Part shown: piece by piece, positions 53,949 to 64,000 of the stretch
Layout of the letters: every line of letters starts with the position of its first letter
Position numbering within the stretch: the stretch's first letter is position 1
NCBI GenBank assembly: GCA_951406725.2
Contig: OX597817.1
Span: 158,534,001-158,598,000 of the forward strand
Reading direction: 5' to 3'
From: Octopus vulgaris
Lineage: Eukaryota
Length of the DNA: 64,000 nt
The notes under the pieces: model-generated
Databases searched by the model: none
What the model saw: the letters and a program-made list of their open reading frames with translations, nothing else
Told to the model about the DNA's origin: nothing
Translations under genes and position numbers: made by a program

Positions 53949-54373
53949 TACGGGGGCGTAAACACACCAGCTGAGCGTTTTTTATATCTTGCCAGTCGTC
54001 TGGTTATTAATTGTAGTTTTTGTTTGAGGATTTCAATCTGTATATCCTTTTGTTTTCTTGTAAAGGTCATGCTTAGCAATTATTCTTATTAGTTTGTTGG
54101 GTTTATTAGTTTTCCCTTTGCTTGCTTCAAGTAGAAAAGATATATCTGCTCTTAGATTATTTGCCGATCACTTTGAGGGCATTTCCTCAACAATTCTCAA
54201 GGAGTTGTCGTGTAAGGCTTTCCAAGTGCTTAATCAACTTCTTTGATTACTTTTCCGTTCTTATTAATATCTATAATTCTAGGAAGTGGGGTTCTTTCGT
54301 GGAAAGGTCGATGTAGTTGTATTAGATATTGTTCTAGTATTCCATCGAACAGTTCATTGCTGACCTGATCATT

Positions 54374-54750
54374 TACTCTTTTACTCTTTTACTTGTTTCA
54401 GTCATTTGACTGCGGGACTTATTCTTTGTAAGCTTAGTACTTATTCTATCGGTCTCTTTTGCCGAACCGCTAAGTTACGGGGACGTAAACACACCAGCAT
54501 CGATTGTCAAGCAATGGTGGTGGTGGGGGGGGGACAAACACAGACACAAACATATACACACACATACAGATATACATACATATATACGACGGGCTTCTTT
54601 CAGTTTCCGTCTACCAAATCCACTCACAAGGCCTTGATTGGCCCAGGGCTATAGTAGAAGACACTTGCCCAAGGTGCCACGCAGTGGGACTGAACACGGA
54701 ACCATGTTGATCGTTAGCAAGCTACTTACCACACAGCCACTCTTACGCCT
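54374..54750 (-). mobile_element. SINE family C (internal deletion)
   Basis: Reverse copy. Confidence 0.85.
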
Positions 54751-54987
54751 ATGATTTTTAGTGTTTTTAGTATGAACTGATGGTCCACTTTCATAAGGTT
54801 CTGTGTACCTAGTTTGCTGGTTTCAGTTAGTGATTTCAGAGCTTTTTGCCTGTGGGTATAAGTGTGTTTTATACTGAACTGACTTTTGACTGATCTGACT
54901 CTTTTGTCAATTTCGCTGTTAGTCAGTCTTTTATTTTTTAGAATATCGCGTCTCACAGCTCCTAGTTTATTAGTTTCGTGTACAGCC

Positions 54988-55403
54988 TACTCTTTTACTC
55001 TTTTACTCTTTTACTTGTTTCAGTCATTTGACTGCGGCCATGCTGGAGCACCGCCTTTAGTCGAACAAATCGACCCCGGGACTTATTCTTTGTAAGCCCA
55101 GTACTTATTTTATCGGTCTCTTTTGCCGAACCGCTAAGTGACGGGGAGGTAAACACACCAGCATCGGTTGTCAAGCAATGCTAGGGGGAAAAACACAGAC
55201 ACACAAACATATACACACACACTTATATATATATATACATATATACGACAGGCTTCTTTCAGTTTCCGTCTACCAAATCCACTCACAAGGCATTGGTCGG
55301 CCCGGGGCTATAGCAGAAGACACTTGCCCAAGATGCCACGCAGTGGGACTGAACCCGGAACCATGTGGTTGGTTAGCAAGCTACTTACCACACAGCCACT
55401 CCT
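54988..55403 (-). mobile_element. SINE family C
   Basis: Reverse copy. Confidence 0.88.
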
Positions 55404-55847
55404 ACTATGTTAAAAAGTTCACAATTGCTGGAGCTATATTGTAAATTTCCAGGGTTTTAATGATCCATGCATGGGGGTCACTGTCAAAAGCCTTCTTGCA
55501 ATCTATCCAAGCAGTGCTAAGGTTTCTATGTAAGTTTTTAACCTCCAGATATTGTAAGACTCTTTTTGCGTGGTTGATGTTCCTGGGTTTAGTGTTGAAT
55601 AATAATAATAAGATGGAAAACTTCGATATATTCCTCCTTAGTCAATTTCTGTCTTGTATTTCTATTTCTTTGAGATAGGTTTGGTAGTTGATCCTGAGCG
55701 TCAGTTTCGGGAATATATCTGGTTTGATTTCTTGAGGAGGTTGGTCCTGATTTAAAAACTTTTCGAGCTCAGTGTCAGAACCTAAGGTCACTGATGAATG
55801 CGTTCTTCGAACGACACAGGTTCTAGGGGGTATTTCCATGGTTGGTA

Positions 55848-56178
55848 TCAGTGGCTCAGTGGTTAGAGCGTCGAGCTTACGATTCTGAGGTTGTGAGCTC
55901 GAATCCCGGGCCGGGCTACGTGTTGTGTTCTTGAGCAAGACACTTTATTTCACGTTGCTCCAGTTCACTCAGCTGTAGAAATGAGTTGCGACGTCACAGG
56001 TGCCAAGCTGTATCGGCCTTTGCCTTTCCCTTGGATAGCATCAATGGTATGGAGAGGGGAGGCCGGTATTCATGGGCGACTGCTGGTCTTCCATAAACAA
56101 CCTTGCCCGGACTTGTGCCTGGAAGGGTAACTTTCTAGGTGCAATCCCATGATCTGTCATGACCGAAGGGGGTCTCAG
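55848..56178 (+). mobile_element. tRNA-derived CORE-like SINE (family D)
   Basis: A box GGCTCAGTGG, B-box-like CTCGAATCC, CORE-like TTCTTGAGCAAGACACTT. Confidence 0.75.
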
Positions 56179-56411
56179 ATCCAGGGCCGTGCTATAAGTG
56201 TACTGGGTTAACCAGCTGTCTGGTCCCTTGGATAAGGTTTAGAGGTTCCAGGCATTGTCATTTTCCGGAGGGGGTGAGAATTTATTTTGATAAGTTAGTT
56301 CATGCCATGATCTGCCGCCTGGAAGGTTTCAAATGGTAGGCCGACAGAATTCATGTTGCATCGTAGAAAGAGGCAGATATTGAATTGACAGCCAGAGAGT
56401 CATCATCATCA

Positions 56412-56494
<83 letters not shown>

Positions 56495-57042
56495 GAGTGA
56501 GGAAAGGAGCAATGCATGCCATCAAAGTGACACTGGGGTAAAATATAGGAAACCCGGTATACCCAACATGACTACCTGTCTGATAAGGGTACACCAGGCA
56601 CATGCATTACAACCATATGTGCGCGACATGGTGATCTCATATCCAGATAAACAGCACATGACCTTGCAGGTGGGGCCCAGTTAGAATTTTCTTCAGGTTG
56701 AGTAGCCCATCCCGCTCAAACGGTCCCTGAATAAGGGTTGTTTAAGGATGCTGAACAAAACATCCATGTTTCCAAAGATGAATTATTCAAACCCCCAATA
56801 ATTCCTCTCAACACATAGCTCTCCAACTACTTCTCGTGATCAGAGATGCAAATATCGTCAGTTACCAAGGGACATGCTCAGCTGTTTAAGGTCAAGAAAC
56901 TGGTAAGCAAATCTGTGGTATTGAGCAGAATATTTACTGTAGCCCATCTTTTATACCAAGACAAAACAATGTACATGATAACACTTTCAATTAGTTAAGA
57001 TCAGAAACCACGAGAGCCACTGCCTGGTATTGCATCAGGGCA
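56495..57042 (-). mobile_element. Non-autonomous ~560-bp (TAA)n-associated retroelement, full copy
   Basis: Homologous to 57687-58240, 58620-59048 and 53209-53400; flanked by (ATT)n; no ORF. Confidence 0.7.
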
Positions 57043-57062
57043 TGATGCCGTGAGAGCCATTG

Positions 57063-57063
<1 letters not shown>

Positions 57064-57134
<71 letters not shown>

Positions 57135-57204
57135 CATCATCATCATCGTCGTCATCGTTGTTGCTGTTGTTGTTGTTATTATTATTATCATCATCATCAT
57201 CATT

Positions 57205-57251
<47 letters not shown>

Positions 57252-57274
57252 TATTATTATTATTATTATTATTA

Positions 57275-57368
<94 letters not shown>
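57064..57368. repeat. (ATT)/(ATC)n array
   Basis: Direct reading. Confidence 0.95.
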
Positions 57369-57369
<1 letters not shown>

Positions 57370-57550
57370 TTATTGTCTTTGCACAGCTTCTAACGCTGGA
57401 GATGTACTGCAGTGTCAGCTGTTTACTACCAGTGAACTAAGGTAACACCTCTTATTTTTCGAGCACCATCCGAGCGGTTCCAAGCAGTGCTATTTTCTGC
57501 AAGTGCTCCACCTTTATTGCAGCTTCCATTTGTTCCATGTACTTCTCAAG
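57370..57550 (-). mobile_element. R4/Dong-type 3' end fragment of a different family
   Basis: Minus translation LEKYMEQMEAAIKVEHLQKIALLGTARMVLEK*, followed by (AAT)n. Confidence 0.65.
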
Positions 57551-57686
57551 CCCGGGAACAATAAGCAACAGACAAGCAAATCTATGGTATTGAGCAGAAT
57601 ATTTGCTGTAACCTATCTTTTATACTAAGACAAAACAGTGTACATGATAACACTTCCATCAGTTAAAATCAAAAGTTATTATTATT

Positions 57687-58239
57687 GAGTGAGAGAGCTG
57701 TGCATGCCATCAAAGTGACACTGGGGTAAAATATACGAAGCCCAGTATACCCATCATGACTACCCGTCTGATAAGGGTACACCAGGCACATGCATCACAA
57801 CCATATGTGCGCGACATGGTGATCTCATATCAAGATAAACAGTGCATGACCTTGCAGGTGGAGCCCAGTTAGAATTTTCTTCTGGTCGAGTAACCCATCC
57901 CGCTCAAAAGGTCCCTGAATAAGGGTTGTTTAAGGATGTTGAACGAACCACACATGTTCCCAGAGGTGAATTATCCAAACCCCAAAGAATCCCTCTCAAC
58001 ACATGGCTATGATGCTCCCCTACTACTTCTGTTCGTGATCAGAGATGCACATATCGTCAGCCACTAAGGGACATGCTCAACTGGTTATGGTTAAACAACT
58101 GACAAGCAAATCTGTGGTATTGAGCAGAATATTTGCTGTAGCCCATCTTTTATACCACACAAAACAATGTACACGATAGTACTTCCAATCAGTTAAGGTT
58201 AGAAGCCACGAGAGCCACTACCTGGTACTGCATCAGGGC

Positions 58240-58240
<1 letters not shown>
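57687..58240 (-). mobile_element. Non-autonomous ~560-bp (TAA)n-associated retroelement, full copy
   Basis: GAGTGAGAGAGC...CATCAGGGCA between ATT repeats. Confidence 0.7.
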
Positions 58241-58314
<74 letters not shown>

Positions 58315-58318
58315 TATT

Positions 58319-58534
58319 AAGGCGTCGATCTGACAGAATCGTTAGCGCGCTGGACGAAATGCTTAGTGGTATTTCGCCCGTCGCTACGTTCTGAGTTCAA
58401 ATTCCGCCACGGTTGACTTTACTTTTCATTATTTCGGGGGTCGATAAATTAAGTACTAGTGAAACACTGGGGGGCTATGTAATCGGCTCATCGCCTCCCC
58501 CAAATTTCTTGTCCTTGAGGCAAAATTTGAAACC

Positions 58535-58535
<1 letters not shown>
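58319..58535 (+). mobile_element. SINE family B, diverged
   Basis: Head and core recognisable between ATT arrays. Confidence 0.75.
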
Positions 58536-58594
<59 letters not shown>

Positions 58595-58619
58595 CATTAT
58601 TATTATCATTATTATTATT

Positions 58620-59048
58620 GAGTGAGAGAGCAGTGCATGCCATCAAAGTGACACTGGGGTAAAATATACGAAGCCCAGTATACCCATCATGACTACCCGT
58701 CTGATAAAGGTACACCAGGCACATGCATCACAACCATATGTGCGCGACATGGTGATCTCATATCAAGATAAACAGCACATGACCTTGCAGGTGGGGCCCA
58801 GTTAGAATTTTCTTCAGGTTGAGTAGCCCATCCTGCTCAAACGGTCCCTGAATAAGGGTTGCTTTAGGATGTTGAACGAAACACCTATGTTTCCAGAGGT
58901 GAACCATTCAAACTCCAAAGAATCCCTCTCAACACATGGCCATGATGCTCCCCCACTACTTCTGCTCGTGATCAGAGATGCACATATCGTCAGCCACTAA
59001 GGGACATGCTCAACTGGTTAAGGTCAAACAACTGACGAGCAAATCTGT
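58620..59048 (-). mobile_element. Same (TAA)n-associated family, truncated
   Basis: Shares the GAGTGAGAGAGCAGTGCATGCC end, lacks the other end; flanked by ATT arrays. Confidence 0.7.
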
Positions 59049-59049
59049 G

Positions 59050-60017
<968 letters not shown>

Positions 60018-60418
60018 GCGCTACAGTAGACTATTTCAATGTGAAACATATAGGCGGGGCTTTACAGTCTTTTATATTTATTGCAGATTATATTATTTTA
60101 ACCTCTGTTTTGTTTGTTTATTATGTTTTTAATCTGCTTAGATGAGATTACTAACAGAAATGCAAGTTGAATTATTTTTGTTGTTGTTTGATTGGTTGGC
60201 CAATCAAAGTATGTCTACGGCTTTGTTTTGTATGTTAAGCTTAGAGAAACGAATATCTACTATTGCATGTTCAGTTGGTCGTCCTAGCGAGATCATTGAG
60301 AACCTGTGGTCGACACATCAACACGGCAATCATCTGCTTAGCAAGTTTTTGCAAACATCAACATAAGCAGACTAGCAAGTTGACTGAAGTAAAACGAAAC
60401 GAACTTTCATTTCACCAG

Positions 60419-62655
60419 CATGCCGCCAACAACAAGTCCTCCGGCGCCAGCTGTTCAACAGAACCCCATTAAGCCGCCACCACCGGGAAGTCTTCCGATG
60501 GGTCCACCGCCTGGAGTTCCTTACAACATGCCGATGACACCGCCGACTACCCCGGGCCAACCGCCTCATCAAGTGCCTTATCAAGTTCCGTATGGTCCCC
60601 CTCGTCCCCAAGGCCCTCCTGGTCAACCGCCTATGAATTATCCTGCTCAAGGACCACCTCCACGATACCCTGGCCCTCCAGGTCCTCCAATGCAAAGACC
60701 TCCAGGCCCTCCAGGCCCTCCAATGCAAAGACCTCCAGGCCCTCCAATGCAAGGACCTCCAGGCCCTCCAATGCAAGGACCTCCAGGCCCTCCAATGCAA
60801 GGACCTCCAGGCCCTCCAATGCAAGGACCTCCAATGCAAAGACCTCCAGGCCCTCCAGGCCCTCCAATGCAAAGACCTCCAGGACCACCTGGACCGCCAG
60901 GACAACCTGGTCAACCGCCGATGCAATATCCTCCGAGATATCCAGGTCCGCCGGGACCGCCAGGCCAACCAGGCCAGCCTCCGATGCAAAGGCCACCCTA
61001 TCAACATCCTCCTTATCCACCACCTGGACAACAACCGATGCAACAGAGGCCTCCGGGACCACCTGGTCAAGCTCCAATGTATGCTCCTAGACCAGGTGGA
61101 CCCCCACCACAAGGACAACCAGGATACCCTCCTCAAGATCCACGAATGCAAATGTATCCCTACGGAGCCCCACCGCCTCAACGTCCTCAAGGGCCACCAC
61201 CACCACCTTCGGGTCCCCCAGTAATTACTATAACAGAAGCACCTAAAGTTGAAGAGAAGAAAGATGATGCGAAAAAGACCGAAGAGAAAAAAGCTGAGTC
61301 CAAAAAAACCGAAGAGAAAAAAGACGATGCCAAAAAGACCGAAGAAAAAAAAGACGATGCCAAAAAGACCGAAGAAAAAAAAGACGATGCCAAAAGGACC
61401 GAAGAAAAAAAAGCTGATGCGAAAAAGCCTGGTGAGAAAAAAACCGAAAGTGGAAAAGTTAGCGACAAAAAAGCTGACGAGAAAAGTGTTGGCAAAACTG
61501 TTGAGAAGAAAAGTGATGATAGGAAACCAACCGCAAAAAAATCCGAGCCTGGAAAATCTGAACCAGGTAAACCAGTCAGTGTTCACAAAGCTCCATATAA
61601 ACCGAAATCTCCTATGAACCCTGTCGCGAAGCCAGAAAAGTCACAATCAGGAAAATACGGTTATAATCCAGTTGGTGGTCCACCGGCTTCACCAAAGAAA
61701 AGCAAGGTGTCAGCAAGCCAAACACAACCCAAAAAAGAAGAGCCCAAAACGACTGGCAAATATGGCTATAAACCTGTTGGAGGTCCACCTCCCTCACCAA
61801 AAAGGTCAAGACCACAACCAGTTGTTCAGCCAGCGAAAAAGCAAGAAACTTCTACTGCTGGAAAATATGGTTACAATCCAGTCGGTGGAACTCCGGCATC
61901 ACCTAAAATCGTAAAATCACCTTTAACTGAGAGAAAGCATAACTATGTCCCTCCAACTAGTCCAATCTCCTTTATACCGACAGCGAAACCTCCTGTTACG
62001 AGTGCTTCTGAAAAGCCGCGACAATTTGGTTACAACCCCATCGGCGGGCCTCCACTTTCTCCAAAAGCCACGCACAGTTCTTACACACCGGCTAAAGCTG
62101 ATATTGTTAAAGCAACTGATCCTAGAAAGTCAAGATCCCAAGAACCAACTAGACCGCCCCCGAAAAAAGTGGTTCCACCACCAACGAGGCCTCCACCGAT
62201 CACAGACCCAAAGAGAGCCCCACCTCCAAGACCAAGCGGGCCAGCGCCAAAACAAAGTGCGCCAGCATCAAAACAAGGTGTACCAGCTTCAAAACCAACT
62301 GCGCCAGCTTCAAGACAAAGTATGCCGCCACCAAAGATTGAAGTTATTGAGAAAAAACCTGAACCAAAGAAAAGTGAGCTGGAAGTTTCGAAAAAACCTG
62401 AACCAAAGAAAAGTGAACTGGAAGTTTCGAAAAAACCTGAACCAAAGAAAAGTGAACTGGAAGTTTCGAAAAAACCGGAACCGGCAGCAACAACCAAACC
62501 AACAGACAAACCAACCAAAGAAAAAAAAGAAGAGAAGCCGGTGCCAAAACCTGCCGAAAAACCGGCGGAAAGGAGAATGTCAAAATCAGATGAAGAGAAG
62601 AAAACTGAAGATGTAAAGGCTGATAAAAAAGAGGAAACTACTGGCAGGAAAGACA
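60419..62655 (+). CDS. Large coding exon of a host gene: Pro/Gly/Gln-rich then Lys/Glu-rich intrinsically disordered repeat protein (family not recognised)
   Basis: 766-codon ORF in non-TE sequence. Acceptor-like ttcatttcaccAG at 60417-60418 lies just before ATG 60420; donor-like ca|GTAAG at 62656. The ORF tail after 62655 runs into an antisense SINE 3' end. Repeats: GPPMQ(R/G)PP, KKTEEKKDDA, YGYNPVGGPPxSPK, KKPEPKKSELEVS. Confidence 0.8.
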
Positions 62656-62669
62656 GTAAGACAATCTAT

Positions 62670-63085
62670 ATTCTTTTATTCTTTTATTCTTTTATTCTTT
62701 TACTTGTTTCAATCATTTGACAGCGACCATGCTGGAGCACTGCCTTGAAGGTTTTTAGTCAAAGAAATCGACTCCGGGACTTATTCTTTGTAAGCCCAGT
62801 ACTTATTCTATCGGTTTCTTTTGCCGAACTGCTAAGTAACGGGGGCGTAAACACACCAGCATCGGTTGTCAAGCGATGTTTGGGGGGACAAACACAGACA
62901 CAGACACGCATAGATATATACATATATACGACGGGCTTCTTTCAGTTTCCGTCTACTAAATCCACTCACAAAGCTTTGGTCGGCCCGAGGCTATAGTGGA
63001 AGACACTTGCCCAAGGTGCCACGCGGTGGGACTGAACCCGGAACCATGTGGTTGGGAAGCAAGCTTCTTACCACACAGCCTGCGT
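62670..63085 (-). mobile_element. SINE family C just downstream of the putative splice donor
   Basis: Reverse copy; supplies the hydrophobic end of the 766-aa ORF. Confidence 0.85.
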
Positions 63086-63528
63086 GCCTAAAACCTTTAA
63101 TAACTCTGTTGTTCTGTTGTAATGTTATTTCATGATCGTAATCCTTTAGCGTCAATCTTAAATGCGTTCTGGTATTAAACTATGTTCTTTAACATTCTAA
63201 ATTCGAATTTCACCGAATTCCTCTTAGCTTTTCGTGCTTCCAGAGTAGATGAAACACTTACCAGTCATACCAAAAAAAAAAATTTAATAGACTATATACG
63301 GATCTTTTCTTTTTGAAGGCCAGATTTTCCTAGTTAACTAAAAAATTTGAAACTTCGTATACTGGTAGAAGGTGTCAAAAGAAAACATTATTGTAAACAA
63401 AATTGAAAACAAAATTGTAATTTGTAACTTAAACGTAGTTTAATTTTTACGAATTTTAACCAATGAAATCCCAACATTGCTGCGTTATCGATATTGATAA
63501 ATAAATATAGCAGACGCACGACACACAC

Positions 63529-63588
<60 letters not shown>

Positions 63589-64000
63589 TTTGCACAAGCA
63601 CATAGTAATTAATATATAAGCGTACACACACATACAAACGGACATATACATACACACACATACGCACACAAGCAAAAATACACGTTCGTGTTTTGCCACT
63701 TGCCGCAACAAATTTGCACAGAAGGGGGGTGGGGTCAATGTTTCATCGTTTCGGGGTCGATAAATTAAGTACCAATTACGCACTGGTGTCGAGGATTTTT
63801 TTCCCAATTTATATCACAGCTTCCGACAAGCTGGGGCATCCTTTTATGAAAAAATATTTCGCAAATTTTTATAATACTACTAACACTCCACGCGCAAACT
63901 CGAGACCGATTTAGGCATATTATTGTTTTGCTTTTGTTGTTTCTGGCCCTTCAAAACCATGGGAGAAGCCTTTTCGGTAAAAAAAAAAGAAAGAAAATAT

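Larger units (their letters stand above)
54750..56345 (-). mobile_element. Decayed R4/Dong-like element (N-terminal and RT pieces) interrupted by SINEs
   Basis: Minus peptides NLSTAWIDCKKAFDSDPHAWII (RT, ~55460-55540) and NKLGAVRRDILKNKRLTNSEI (~54910-54975). (ATT)n is adjacent. Confidence 0.6.

Noticed and set aside
60372-61586. 404-aa antisense ORF (W/R-rich) opposite the proline-rich exon
   Set aside because: Shadow ORF produced by CCA/CCT/AAA codon bias and repeats of the sense frame.
62656-62720. Hydrophobic C-terminal tail of the 766-aa ORF (looks like a membrane anchor)
   Set aside because: It is the antisense 3' tail of a family C SINE beyond a GTAAG donor; probably intronic read-through.

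Overview
AT-rich, repeat-saturated eukaryotic DNA. The SINE families and microsatellite density resemble an octopus/cephalopod genome; this is an inference from recall, not a database result. Most ORFs in the track are microsatellite or SINE artefacts. Supported content: (1) one large host coding exon (~60419-62655, +) encoding a Pro/Lys/Glu-rich disordered protein with nested repeats and a recurring GxYGYNPxGGPPxSPK motif; (2) a full-length, nearly intact CR1/L2-group LINE (~25181-29987, -) in (TA)n, whose ORF1 combines a Myb/SANT(trihelix)-like head, polyQ and two CCCH fingers; two small lesions break its ORFs; (3) R4/Dong-type RLE retrotransposon fragments and a non-autonomous ~560-bp family, all in (TAA)n; (4) Penelope-like remnants with several minimal hammerhead ribozyme motifs, including a head-to-head pair forming a 270-bp palindrome; (5) four mariner remnants, two pogo/Tc2-like MITEs, one non-autonomous Helitron, and RTE, CR1 and L1/Tx1 fragments; (6) over 35 tRNA-derived SINE copies from at least four families, many with TSDs; (7) local duplications and micro/minisatellites. 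Boundaries were read by eye and may be off by a few to tens of bases.
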